A stretch of DNA of 64,000 nucleotides from Leucoraja erinacea (taxonomy: Eukaryota), in contig NC_073408.1 of NCBI RefSeq assembly GCF_028641065.1, forward strand, positions 10,044,001 through 10,108,000. Reading direction: 5' to 3'. Positions 12,818-25,057 of this stretch are shown here, piece by piece. A program made the translations under genes and the position numbers. Within the stretch, counting starts at the first letter, position 1, and each line of letters starts with the position of its first letter. Under the pieces are notes generated by a model. It saw only the letters and a list, made by a program, of their open reading frames with translations. It was not told the origin of the DNA and did no database searches.

Positions 12818-13105
12818 TTAGCTTAGAGATACAGTGCTGAAACAGGTCCTTTGGCCCACCGAGTCCACACCGACCAGCAATCACCAGTGCATTATTTTTA
12901 TCCCACACAATGGGGACAATTTACAGAGGCCAATTAACCTACAAACCCGCATGCCTTTTTGGAATGTGGGAGGAAACCTGAGCAAATCCACATGGCCATA
13001 GGGAGATTGTACATACTCCGTACAGACAGCACCCGTAGTCAAAAATGAACCCAGGTCTCTGGCCCTGGAAGACAGCAACTCTACCGCTGCACCACCGTGT
13101 CACCA
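12818..13105 (-). mobile_element. V-SINE (HE1-like)
   Basis: Full head, V-domain and tail in reverse; the head ends at CTACCGCTGCACCACCGTG. Confidence 0.85.
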
Positions 13106-13896
13106 AAAATGGGGGCGCACTTATTCTGAAACTCTGCCTCCTGGTGTAGAATACAAAATACTGGAATAACTCTGTGGCTCAGGCGGCATCTCTGGAGGAC
13201 ATGGATAGGTGACGTTCCAGATCGGGACATGTATTCAGACTGTTCCTATGTCTCCTGGGTCTAGATTCACCAACCCGAGAAAACATCCTCTCTGCATCAA
13301 CCTGTCAGGCCCAGTTATATTTCCAGGTATAAAACAGGTGGAAGCTCCATTTCACTTTATGGGAAGTCTATTTGTTTCACTCTAGCCCGCTGAGTGCACA
13401 TGCCTGTCAATACCATCCTTACAGAGAGCAATTAAAATGGGATCCACTAAAGAACAAAATAATAATAGAAGTATAGAAGTAAAGCCTCCAAAAACATCAT
13501 GACCCCATCAGGTTTGGAGGAGAACAATCAGCTACACTCATTTAATTATATAGATTATAGATTTCAACATAAATTATAGGCATTGCTATCATTCTGCTCA
13601 GAGTCTTGTCTTATTTCTCAAAATAGTAAATTTCAATCCATGAGCCATCATATTTTTCTCCCCTCTCTCGTGGATGGCTGCTGGAGCGGAGTGGCGAGCA
13701 CTATTTTTCACACAGTTTGGACCACTGATAGTCTCTGAGGTTTCAGTACATGTCCCCTGATCCTCCTCCTTGGGTACTGGCTACTGAAACATCCGCCTTC
13801 CCGAACCCCCATCACCAACTAGAAAGTCAAAGGAATTCATGTTAGCCAACTGGATACGAGTATGTCTAAAGTATATCTGAAAAATATATCAACCAA

Positions 13897-14362
13897 GTAT
13901 ATCTGAAAAAGGGTCTCGACCCGGAACGTCACCAATCCATATTCATCAGAGATACAGCCTGACCTGCTGAGTTAGTCCAGCACTTTGTGTCCTTTAGATA
14001 GAAACAAAATGCTGGAGTAACTCAACAGGACAGGCAGCATCTCCGAAGGTCTGAAGAAGGATCTCGACCTGAAACGTCAGAGATGCTGCCTGTCCCGATG
14101 AGTTACTCCAGCAGTTTGTGTCTATCTTTGGTGTAAACCAGCATCTGCAGTTCCTTCCTACACACTCTGTGTCTTTTTAACGTATTAACCAGCATCTGCA
14201 ATTCCTTGTCTCTACATCTGTGGAGGGAACGATGAATCTGAAGAAAGGTCCCAACCCGAAATATCATCTGATCGTTTTCTCCACAGATGCTGCCTAATCC
14301 GCTGAGTTCATGAAGCACTGCGTTTTGTTCAAGATTCCAGCTCCTGTAGTTTGTAGTGTCTA
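13897..14362. mobile_element. Cluster of 4-5 Penelope pLTR pieces in mixed orientation
   Basis: Three hammerhead-like boxes (about 13897, 14051, 14238, all mutated) and repeated GCTGAGTTACTCCAGC / CCAGCATCTGCAGTTCC modules. Confidence 0.8.
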
Positions 14363-14675
14363 TCAATAAAATATCCTTCTTATTCCTAAATCTACAATTT
14401 TTTTGACAGTAAAATTAAAAATATTGAATTAAAATAGAAACCGAAACAAGTAACTGTGTATATCAGCTCATGTGCAGTTGCATCCAGACTAACTTTGAGC
14501 TGTTCCATTCCTGGGCCAGGCTTATGGGTGCAGTGGGCGGCTGTTTGACCCAGATTGACTAACAGATGCAGTAGGGCTGGATGACGCATTTGCCCGCTGG
14601 AGATCCTTGTTGGTGATCAACGGTAGGAACTACAGCTTATTCCCCAAAATGCCACACTGGCCCATGTCCCCATCC

Positions 14676-14837
14676 TAGAAACATAAAAAATAGGTGCAGG
14701 AGTATGCCATTCGGACCTTCGAGCCATATGATCATGGCTGATCATCCAGAATCAGTACCCTGTTCCTGCTTTCTCCCCATATCCTTTGATTTCCATTAGC
14801 TCCAAGAGTTATATCCAACTCTCTCTTGAATACATCA
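14676..14837 (-). mobile_element. CR1 LINE 3' end
   Basis: TAGAAACATAAAAAATAGGTGCAGGAGTA..TGATCATGGCTGATCATCC..TTCTCCCCATATCC. Confidence 0.85.
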
Positions 14838-15114
14838 AAACTCCTTCACTGGGGTCCCCCGCTCCCTTCCCACCCTCCACTTCTCCCTGATGAATAAACC
14901 CTGCTATTGTTAAAAGTTAGCAATGGATCAAGAAACTATCGTTATATTTTCTTAGCCAGTAAACTCCAAGATGCCAGTGTTTCTTCAATGGAAGCACTCT
15001 GATTGCTGGAAGGCAGATTAAGCTTCATCTAGGCTCAGTCTCCATTGAAACACTGATGTATTCCGCATTGTTAAAGGTTCTGTCTGCATAATGAGTTATT
15101 AATCCTGACTTACT

Positions 15115-15442
15115 TTAGTTTAGTTTAGGGATACAGCATGGAAACAGGCCATTTGGCCCACTGAGTCCATGCTGATCATCGACCGCCTGTTCACACTAGT
15201 GCTTTGTTATCCCACTTTTTCATCCACGTCCTACACACTAGGGCTGTTTTTTTTTTCCCACAGAGGCCAATTGACCAACAAACCCGCACGTCTTTGGGAT
15301 GTGGGAGGAAACCGGAGCACCCGGAGGAAACGCACGCGGTCACAGGGAAACTCCACATAGACAGCATCCACAGTCAGGGTCGAACCAGGGTCTCTGGCGC
15401 TGTGAGGCAGCAGCTCTACCCGCTGCGCCACCGTGCCACCCT
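15115..15442 (-). mobile_element. V-SINE (HE1-like), full length
   Basis: Sense strand reads GGGTGGCACGGTGGCGCAGCGGGTAGAGCTGCTGCCTCACAGCGCCAGAGACCCTGGTTCGACCC (A and B boxes), then V-domain and (CTAAA)n tail. Confidence 0.9.
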
Positions 15443-15859
15443 TAAACGCCACCTGTTCCTTCACCACCTTCCTGGATTTCACTAGCAAGCAGAACTTTGG
15501 AGAACTGCTACCGCAGAGAAGGAGTGATTTCAGAAGATGCTCACTGCATTACCTAAAGGGGAATTACAAATGGGAAATAGATGGTGGCAGTGCCAGCTAT
15601 GCTGCCTTGTGTTCACTACTGAAGAAAGTTTACAGATAGACAATGGAATAACCATCAATAGATGAAGAACAGAGGAAATTTCCTTCTCATTTGAAGAATG
15701 TTTAATTAGCAACATTAAAACAGGTGGCAAGGCTATCTATTAATTATTTTTTCCTATTTCCTAATACAAACATATCAAGGAAACTATTGATGCTGGAAAC
15801 TTGAAATGAAAACCAAGTGCTGAAAGCATTCGGGGTGACTTTGCTGGTTTCAGCTTGAA

Positions 15860-16003
15860 CTAATCGTTATTCCCCCATCATGTATCTATCTATACACAGT
15901 AAATGGCTCGATTGTAATCATGTGTTGTCTTTCCCGTTGTCTGGTTAGCATGCAACAAAAGCTTTTCACTGTACCTCAGTACACTTGACAATAAACTAAA
16001 CTA
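15860..16003 (+). mobile_element. Rex1/Babar LINE 3' UTR
   Basis: ..CAACAAAAGCTTTTCACTGTACCTCAGTACACTTGACAATAAACTAAACTAA. Confidence 0.75.
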
Positions 16004-16724
16004 AGGGCTCTGATTAGTTTCACATCTGGATACAAGCAGCCTTTTCTACTGTGGGGTGGAGCAGGGTGACAAGGTTAGACTTGTGTACACTTGTGTGACC
16101 CAGCCTGTGCCTGGGCTACCGGCTGATGAATTGTATCTCTCCCTGTTTTCATTTCAAATCAATCATGTTCTGCTTAACAAGACAATTTTTGTAGAATGTG
16201 GTTGGAAGCAAGACTGTTCTCAAGGCACAAACCAGACATTTTACTCTTGAACAAGCAGTCCAATTATTGGAGATCAGAATGGAGTAGTATCTTTCCCTTT
16301 TATTGGCATTCCCTGGGCATGTTTGTTACAATTATTATTGTATTCCGTCTGTTGGTTTCTTTGGCTGGACAGTCTACTTTTATAAAGCGGTTGTCTGCGT
16401 TTATTTACGCAATATTTGCACGTCCAGGCATTTTTGACAATTATTCCTCTCCAGTTTTTGGCAAATAAAACAGAAATAATGAGCCGTTCCTGTAAAATAT
16501 CCTAACAAAACACACGATATGTTGCATTCAGTTGTAAACTGGAATGGGCCTGGAAACGGAATCCAACCAGTGTTGACTATTATGTAATTGTGGACAAGAT
16601 AGAAATATAGCAATGTGATCTGTTGGTGGTATAGGCTGCCTGGTGGTGGGGAGGCAAGTGTAGAAATAAATAGTTATGTTCATGAACTATATGAAAGGAA
16701 ATTTGCTGTGTGTACTTGTGTGGG

Positions 16725-17012
16725 TTTAGGCTTTTAGACTTTAGAGAAACAGCGAGGAACATTGCCCTTCAGCCCACTGAGTCCACGCTGACTAGCGATC
16801 GTAATGTCCTATCCTACATAATTTTACTGGTCAATCAACCTACAAACCTGTACGTCTTTGGAGTGTGGGAGGAAACCAGAGCACCTGGAGGAAACCCACG
16901 TGGTCACAGGGAGAATGTACAAACTCCTTATGGACAGCACCCCTAGTCAGAATCGAAACCAGGCCTCTGGTGATGTAAAGCAGGAGCTCTACCGCTGCGC
17001 CACTGTACCACC
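16725..17012 (-). mobile_element. V-SINE (HE1-like)
   Basis: GGAGTGTGGGAGGAAACCAGAGCACCTGGAGGAAACCCACG (V-domain antisense), with head and tail present. Confidence 0.85.
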
Positions 17013-17229
17013 TTGATGTGCGAATAGACGGTCTCAGATTTTGCACAGAAAATGCTTTATTAGGGGAAGGCAAGCAAAGCTGAAGAAGTGCGGTAAATGG
17101 TCAGAGTTGAGGAAGTGGAGAGGAGTAGTGGAAGGTAGCAGTGACATGAACATATGGCATTTATGAAGGCATGACAGAATTATGCCTTTATTAGTGCGGC
17201 ATTGATTTTACGAGCAGCAGGGTCAGACT

Positions 17230-17720
17230 AGAAATGTACTAAACGTTAGTCAGGTGTCTCGTTGGTGTCCTGTACATAATTCTGGTGTCCACACTGCAGG
17301 ACATGACAGTACTTGAGAGGGATTTGTAGGGATATCTCTCGGGCTGGATAGTTACAGGGAGAGGCTGGCTCAGCTGTTTTCTTCGGAACAAAGCTGAGGG
17401 GAAATTCAACTGAGGTGCATAATATAATGGGATGTCTAGACAGGATAAATGATAAGAACCTAGACCCTTTAGCTGAGAGATAAGTAACCAGAAGGCATAG
17501 ACTCAAGCTCTGTTACTGGAAGATTTAGACAGGAACCAAGGCAACGCAGACTCCCCAGGCTGAGGGGCCTGCAGACTCTATCTGACTAAGACAATTTTTT
17601 TATAGAATGGTAGAGGTCTGATGATCACTGCCTGGAAGGATATTGGAGGCAGCAACTCTCACCATGCTTGTTATGTATATGAAGTTATGTTTTGGACCAT
17701 GAGCTGAGAAGAGGAATTGA
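17230..17720 (+). mobile_element. Old CR1 LINE 3' ORF2 relic
   Basis: AAGCTGAGGGGAAATTCAACTGAGGTGCATAATATAATG resembles the CR1 motif RLRGDLIEVYKIM. Confidence 0.55.
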
Positions 17721-17787
17721 CTTTACGTCCACTTCAGACATGACAATCACATGAAGTGTGAAAACACAAAACCTTCAGATTCAGGGA

Positions 17788-17985
17788 AGACAAAAATGCT
17801 GGAGAAACTCAGCGGGTGAGGCAGCATCTATGGAGTGAAGGAAATAGGCAACATTTCAGGTCGAAACCCTTCTTCTGACCCGAGACGCTGCCTATTTCCT
17901 TCGCTCCATAGATGCTGCCTCATCCCCCGAGTTTCTCCAGCATTTTTGTCTACCTTCGATTTTCCAGCATCTGCAGTTCCTTCTT
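17788..17985. mobile_element. Penelope pLTR foldback element
   Basis: Inverted arms; 19-bp flanking direct repeat AAACCTTCAGATTCAGGGA (17769-17787 / 17986-18004). Confidence 0.88.
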
Positions 17986-17994
17986 AAACCTTCA

Positions 17995-18285
17995 GATTCA
18001 GGGATAGTTTCTTCCCAGCTGTTATCTGGCAACTGAACCATCCTACCACCAAACAGAGAGCAGTTCTGAGCTACTATCTATCTCATTGGAGACCCTCGGA
18101 CTATCTTTGATCAGACTTTACTGGACTTTACCTTGCCTAAACGTTAATCACATTATTCCTTTTAGCATGCGTCTGTCAACTCGATTGTAATCAGGCATTG
18201 TCTTTCCGCTGACTGGTTAACACGCAACAAAAGTTGTTCACTGTACCTCGGTACACATGATAATAACCAAAACTAAACTAAACAA
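17995..18285 (+). mobile_element. Rex1/Babar LINE 3' end
   Basis: Encodes RFRDSFFPAVIWQLN (Rex1 C-terminal motif R.RNSFFP.AIRLLN), then the 3' UTR and (CTAAA)n. Confidence 0.8.
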
Positions 18286-18344
18286 ATCACTTGGCTGCCT
18301 CCTGCCCTGTTGTTTTCCCTGATCATATGATCCATTCGCTCCAA

Positions 18345-18478
18345 CATCTAAGAAACAGTTGGACAGGTACATGGATTTGGAGGGATATGGACCAAACACA
18401 GTCTGTAGCTGGGACATGTTGGCCAGTGTTGGCAAGTTGGGCCGAATGGCCTGTTTCCACACTGTATCACTCTATGAC
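18345..18478 (+). mobile_element. CR1 LINE 3' end
   Basis: LDRYMDLEGYGP, then GGGCCGAATGGCCTGTTTCCACACTGTATCACTCTATGA. Confidence 0.8.
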
Positions 18479-19164
18479 ACCAACAGCTTCGCACAGTGTT
18501 TTCCTTGGCTTCTCAGTGAAGGTTTACTAATTCAGCATCAGGACCATCTTTGTTGACAAAAGACCAAGACATTCTTCCTCTAACAAACTGACAAATCAAG
18601 TCCCGCAGAGGCGAACCCAGGAAGTAAAAATTTTGGTTCCAGATACACAGAAAGGTTGGAGTAGCTGAGATATTAGTTTTAAAAAGAGACAGACAGGAAA
18701 ACATTAAAAAAAAAAAAATCTTCAAAATATCTAGAGGAGTGAATATATTTTCAGGGTCAGAGAGAGTGTCTAACAGTAATTAACATATATCACACCATCA
18801 AAATGCACTTATACTTGGATGTACAAGACCTATTTTTTTTTTATGCCATTTTTAATGGGATGCCAGAAAGAGAATAACACAAGGTTACAGGTCTGCACTA
18901 ATTTCAGTGTCTATACTATTGGTGAGGAATAGTACCATGCATCCTGAGACAGGGAACAGTACCTGACTCTAAATTGTGAATGCCCATGTTTAGGTGTGTA
19001 AAAGTATACCAGATGTTGCCAGATATCCTCCATTGTAATAGTGAATGTTACAAATCGAACCAGTGCTTTTGTCTGTGATGGGACATGCCAGTACGTTGTA
19101 CGGACACCAATTATAAGCTGAAAATTAGATTGAGTTATAGCATCTAATAGTGTCACATGAACTG

Positions 19165-19690
19165 TTGTCGTAAGGCCATGTCATAAGTGATAGGAGTGGA
19201 ATTAGGCCATTCAGCCCATCAAGTCTACTCCGCCATTCAATCATGGCTGATTTATCTCTCCTTCCTAACCCCATTCTCCTGCCTTCTCCCCCTAACCTCT
19301 GACACATGTACTAATTAAAAATATATCTATCTCTGCCTAAAAAATCTCTGCCGACTTGGCCTCCACAGCCTTCTGTGGCAAAGAATTCCACAGATTCACC
19401 ATCCTCTATAAAGAAATCCACACTCTAAAGAATCCTCTAAAGAATTCCACAGATTCACCATCCACTAAAGAAATTTATCTTCATCTCCTTCCTAAAAGAA
19501 CGTCCCTTAATTCTGAGGCTATTGCCTCTAGTCCTAAACTCTCCCACTAGTGGAAACATCCTCTCCACACCCACTCTATCCAAGCCTTTCACTATTCTGT
19601 TAGTTTCAATGAGGTCCCCCCTCATTCTTCCAAGCTCCAGTGAGTACAGGCCCAGTGAGTGCAGGCCCAGTGCTGCCAAACGCTCATCAC
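19165..19690 (-). mobile_element. CR1 LINE 3' about 0.5 kb
   Basis: ORF 19455-19679(-) gives LGLYSLELGRMRGDLIETNRIVKGLDRVGVERMFPLVGEFRTRGNSLRIKGRSFRKEM. Confidence 0.92.
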
Positions 19691-20004
19691 AGGTTGTATG
19701 CTACCTTTTTCATGTACAAAAAAACACTGCATCTAACAAAATATTGTCATTAAAAACATCCAGGCCCTTTGTAAAAAAAAGTAGAAATGGCTTGGTTATA
19801 AAACTGGGAATATAATGATCACAAATTATACTATGTAAATTAAAATAAAAATTCATTGTGACATAAAAGGGGATGTTTTAGGTTAAACTTCTCACATTTC
19901 TAAACTGTGCATCTTTGTGTCAGTTGTCTCCATATACTGGGCTGTTAACTGGCATGTTAAACAATTTGGTCTCACCCCATTGAGGATATTCCCTTTATCC
20001 CATC

Positions 20005-20650
20005 TAAGTCATACAAGCTGAAACAGGCCTTTCGACTCAACTCATTCATGCCAACCAAGATATCCATCTACGCTAGTCCCATTTGCCCATGGTTGAGACA
20101 TTTGCCCATGTCTCAACCTTTCCTGTCCAACTATCTGTCCGAATTTCTTTTTAAATATTGAATCGGAATTTGAGTTTATTGTCATGTGTACTGAGGCACA
20201 GGGAAAAGCTTTTGTTGCATGCTAACCAGTTTGTAGAAAGACAATACATGATTACAATCGAGCCATCCACAGTGTACCTGGCTCAACCACTTCCTCTGGC
20301 AGCCAGCTCTATATCGCCACCACTCTTTCTGAAAAAGTTGATCCTCGGGTTCCTATTAAAACTTTCCCCGCTCATTTTAAACCAATCCCCTCTAGTTCTT
20401 GAGTCGCCAATATGCCTCTATATTCACTCTATGCGCCCCTCATGATTTTATACACCTCTATAAGATCACCCGTCAGCCTCCTGTGCTCCAAGGAATAAAG
20501 TCCCAGCCTACTCAACCTTTCCCTACAGCTCAGTCCCTAGAGTCTTGGCAACATTGTGGTCAATCCTTCATGTACCTGTTGCATCTTTCCTACATAAAAG
20601 TGACCAAATTGAATGTAATAATCCAGGCACACGCTCGCCAAAGTCTTGGA
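20005..20650 (-). mobile_element. CR1 LINE 3' region interrupted by a Rex-type tail (about 20165-20278)
   Basis: GATTTTATACACCTCTATAAGATCACCCGTCAGCCTCCTGTGCTCCAAGG is antisense of LEHRRLTGDLIEVYKI. Confidence 0.8.
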
Positions 20651-21164
20651 CCTCCTCTGCCACTGAAAACTAATTTGTTTTCACTCGCTCCCATTTCTGA
20701 TAAAGAATCCGGGCTCTGAAACATTAATTGTTTCCCCTTCCACAGATGCTGGCAGACCAAGTGAGGTTTTCCAGCATTTTTCTGGGTTTTTTTTCTCTTC
20801 AGATCTCCAGCATCGGCAGAATTTCTTTATTGATTTTTTTCCTCCATGGCTGTCCTGACTCTGTAATATGCAAAGTGGGAAAATAATGAGTACCCATGAG
20901 CGAGTTGGAGGCTGTGATTAAATCGCAGGGTTTTTTGATTTATATATAGAATAATGGATACCCTGGAGCCTGGAATTCATTGAAGGAATTTGGAAAATGA
21001 TGTGAAATGAAAGAAGCCACATCTAAACCTTGAGATCAGATCACTGAGTGGTAATCATTTCCTCTCCTCAGCTGCTCTGTGTTTCAGTCATAGGAGGCTG
21101 GGGCAAGGACGTTGCCCTGGTTTGGATTAGGTTTTACGGCCAGTGCTGTTTTCTGACATTTGGC

Positions 21165-21650
21165 AAGGGCAGCGGTAGAGTTGCTGCTTTGCAGTGTCAG
21201 AGACCCAGACTGACTACATTTGCTTACTGTACGGAGTTTGTATGTTCTCCCTGTGACCGTGTGGGTTTTCTCTGGGTGCTCCGGTTTCGTCCCACATTCC
21301 AAAGACGCACAGGTTTGTAGGTAAATTGGCTTTGGTAAAATTGTACGTTGTCCCCAGGGTTCAATCCTGACCTCAGGCGCTGTCTGTGGGAAGTTTGCAC
21401 CTTCTCCCTGTGACTGCGTGGGTTTCCACCGGGTGCTTCAGGTTATATCCCACACTCCAAAAATATGCAGCTCAATAGGTGAATTGGACTTTGCAAATTT
21501 GTCCTTGTTTGCTGATGAGCGGTAAAATATGGGGGGGGGGGGGGGGGGGGAGTTGATAGAATGGAGTGAGAATGGGATTAATATAGGGGATGGTTGACAG
21601 GACAGACATGGTGGACTGAAGCTCCTGATCCCTGCTGTATCTCTCCACGT
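21165..21650 (+). mobile_element. Two adjacent or nested V-SINEs
   Basis: Two V-domains (21230-21300 and 21385-21455); the second continues through G20 to the tail. Confidence 0.75.
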
Positions 21651-23244
21651 CTCTGTGGCTGTATAACAGTGTGAAAACACATGGCAATGCATCTCACTGG
21701 TATAATTCATTAACTACCTTGAAGAAGTTCTCCTTCTTAATCACTGGTATAATTGCTGTCTAAATCCAGAGGTTGGGATCAGATCAAAGGGATCAACATG
21801 CATGGAACCGGACTGACACCACACTAATTTACCCTTATTCTACACCAGCAACGAGAGTCAATCGCTCATAGAATTCACACACATTTCCTTCAGAGGCGCT
21901 GCCTAATCCGCTGAGTTACTCCAGCACTTTGTGTCTTTCATCGTAAATGCGCATGGCTATGTGCCCAGTACTGCCCCCTGCTGCTCACCTCAGTCTTTGT
22001 AGGAACGGCAGCCTTCCGATCCCCATTTGCAAACTGTCCCAGTCAGGGTGCGTTGCTGATGTTCACTCTTCTCCAATCATAGGTCACTCCAAAAATAGCG
22101 CAATTTGCATTTACCTAATATATTGTGAGATGGTTTGAGTTGAAAATAATCAGATGTGTCGTGGAATGGAAGGAGGTCTCTCAGCCCATTCTATGCTGAG
22201 AATGTTATAAAAGAGGTGTGGATGCAGTTCAACAATGATAGGACTGTAGAGTGAACACAACTGCCTTCTTCCCATGAGACCCGCTTCCATGAATATCCAC
22301 AGAGTAGCTGCTGGGAGATCTCCATCTACTTCCCAAGGGAAATGGCCAACACGCATGCTGACTGAGAGAGCACCAGGAGATTGAATGGTTGTACACGTCC
22401 TAATATTCCACAGTGGCCTTCACATTGTAAAATCTAGCATATACAAGCAATGCCAAATAACCTCCGTCTCCATGGCTGGCCCAGATTTTGTCTTTCAACA
22501 CACAATTGGCAATTGAAGAGCGGAAGTGAAGCCCGGGCAAGTGTGTTGGGAAGTGAAGTCTGACAAGATGCGAAATGTCCAGTGGGTTCACACCTGATTT
22601 CATGGTGAAGCTAAGAACCGCTAGCTATAGTTCATAGCATCAGTGGGACCCATCCATTCGGTTGCTGCTTGCATTCATTAACACAAATGCAAGAGAGAAT
22701 TGCCCATTAACAAGTTGCAGGTGTTCCCATTAAGAGATGATTAATAGGTTGCAGATGCGTCTGTATCCCATGACTAACAGTGAATGGAATCTCTATGCCT
22801 CTGTCTGTGTGGGGTGGATTTAAAAACTAGGACATTGCAGGGTGCTTGAAGTTAAATATATACATTCTCCATGGGAAGGTGGCTAGATATCACCAAAGCA
22901 GCAATTTTCATTGTATGACTCCTACTGTGGAAAAGCATTTGTTTACAGCAGTCTCAGAAAGGTGAAACCGTGTTATTTCCTGATTATTTAGCCCAGTGTT
23001 TTGGGTATTTTTTTACTACAGTGCAAGAAGATTTCAACTGTTCTTTACTTCAATATTTGCTGGGAAAAGTCATCAGGTCAGACTGCATCAACAGATAGAG
23101 AAACAGTTAAAGCTTCAGCTACGAGACCCCTCGTGAGCTGGGAAAGAGAAAAAGTAAATTAGTTTTCAGTAGTGGGGAAGGGGGAATATGTAGAACAAAG
23201 GGAATACATGAGACTGTGAAACCAAAAGGGGAGAAATCTTCGGG

Positions 23245-23400
23245 TATAGACACAAGGAGCTGGAGTAATTCTGATGGTCATGCAGCATCTCCAGAGTCCC
23301 CGTCCTTTTCTCCAGAGAAGCTGCCTGATCCATTGAGTTACTCCAGCATTTTATGTCCATCTTTGGTGTAAACCAGCATCTGCAGTTACTTGTTTCTATG
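23245..23400. mobile_element. Penelope pLTR foldback
   Basis: GCTGGAGTAATTCTGATGGTCATGCAGCATCTCCAGAG is inverted against CTCCAGAGAAGCTGCCTGATCCATTGAGTTACTCCAGC. Confidence 0.75.
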
Positions 23401-23580
23401 TCTTGGCCTTAAAACTGATATGTCCTGGTTCAGGAACAGTTTTTTCCCAACTACCATTAGGCTATTGAAAACTGTGAACTCCAACTAAACTCCGAACTAC
23501 AAACCGCCTTGATTGCACTAGAGTCTTTTTGCTGTGTGTTTTGTTTTTTGCACTACATATTTTTTACTTTTTGTTGTTTA

Positions 23581-23979
23581 CTAGACCAAATGGGACCCGT
23601 TGGGTCCCTGTCACACGGGAGGCCTGGTCCCCTAGCTCCACCCATTCCCCAACACAATATTCTACCACTCACCCATTTCCCCAATGCAATATTCCACCAC
23701 TCACCGATAGCCCTCAACTGCGCAGAATGGCTCACTTCCCCTTATTCACCCTCCCTCTTTTTAAACTTAAAAAAAAAAAATCAAATTGCAATCGCTGTCA
23801 GGAAAAAAAATCCAATTACACTTGCTTCCAGGACTCAGTGTCCTGGGATTTGCAACATTGTCATGGGCAAAAATGTTAGCGCTATCGTGTACCGTTTTGG
23901 CGTAATTTCAGGAAACCCGCACAGACAGACATACATAGAAACAAACAAGATGAAAGTTTTAGTAATAAATATAGATAGA
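23581..23979 (-). mobile_element. Non-autonomous Helitron
   Basis: Minus strand: A|TC...CTAG|T termini and no TSD. GC hairpin GGGACCC-GTT-GGGTCCC (23592-23608) sits 11 nt from the 3' end, with a (CTGT/ATGT/TTGT)n tract near the 5' end. Inserted in a Rex-type 3' UTR (about 23428-24110). Confidence 0.85.
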
Positions 23980-24257
23980 TTATAGGTTGTACTGAGGTTA
24001 TTGTTACATGCCTGTGTGCTGCTGCAAGTAAGAATGTCATTGGATGATAAATGTTTCATTATTCTTTTTCGTGACATGTGGCAATAAACCAATCATGACT
24101 CTTCACTCTTGACCAAATAATGTGGAAACTGCTTTGGCGGGAAACCCGTAAGACACCGTCACAGATCCCTAACCATATTAATAAAGTGTGATTTTTCCAT
24201 TTCTGATTATGTGTTCCTTTGCTCTATCGCTTTTGGGGCAGGTCTGATTTGTTGACC

Positions 24258-24575
24258 TTTAGTTTAGTTTAAAGATACGGCACGGAAACAGGCCCTTCGG
24301 CCCACCGAGTCCGCACCGACCAGCGATCCCCGCACATTAACACTATCCTACACACACTAGGGACAATTTACGCATACACCAAGCCAATTAACCTAATACC
24401 TGTATGCCCTTGGAGTGTGGGAGGAAACCAAAGATCTCGGAGAAAACCCACATGGTCACGGGGAGAACGTGCAAACTCCATACAGACAGCTCCTGTAGTC
24501 AGGATTGAACCCGGGTCTCCGGCGCTGCAAGCGCTTTAAGGCAGCAGCTTTACCGCTGCACCACCATGGCCGCCC
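24258..24575 (-). mobile_element. V-SINE (HE1-like), full length
   Basis: (TTTAG)n, GGAAACAGGCCCTTCGGCCCACCGAGTCCGCACCGACCAGCGATCCCC, V-domain and head. Confidence 0.9.
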
Positions 24576-24944
24576 GTGACCACCAAAAGAGCACTCTCTT
24601 AAAGCTGCAAGTGTAACAACACCATCCTCCAGAGAGGTCCCAGTGGGAGGGGATTGTGTCTGGGTCCATTTGAAAGCTTGCATGATGTTGGTGTGCCATT
24701 ACAGGCATAACTTACTCTGCCCATTTACACTCACCAGTTCCCTTTGTGAATCCAAGTTTGTGAAGGCAAACAAAAGCTTGACATTTTATAATTTAGCAGT
24801 TAGCATCAGGTGATGCTTCTTTCTTGATAAATCTTTGATGTTGTCCTGAAGCTCAGGCTTGTATCGTTCATGGTACTTGTCCCATGTGTTCTGGGCAAGG
24901 GAAGGTCCATTGATGCAGTACATGTCCTTGCCATGTACCTGCAG

Positions 24945-25057
24945 GCAGCATGGTGGCACAGCGGTAGAGTTGCAACACTGTAATGTGCGGGGATCACTGG
25001 TTGGGGCAGACTCGGTGGGCCGAAGAGCTTGTGTCTCTAAACTAAACTAAACCAAAC
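24945..25057 (+). mobile_element. Internally deleted V-SINE
   Basis: Head GGTGGCACAGCGGTAGAGTTGC is joined almost directly to the tail TAATGTGCGGGGATCACTGG..(CTAAA)n. Confidence 0.75.

Noticed and set aside
15375-15442. tRNA genes at SINE heads
   Set aside because: A and B boxes are present but run into the V-domain and CR1-like tail, so these are SINEs.
19380-19472. Repeats of AAAGAATTCCACAGATTCACCATCC
   Set aside because: Local slippage duplication within a CR1 copy.
23509-23985. 158-aa ORF
   Set aside because: It spans the antisense Helitron and Rex UTR and has no protein motif.
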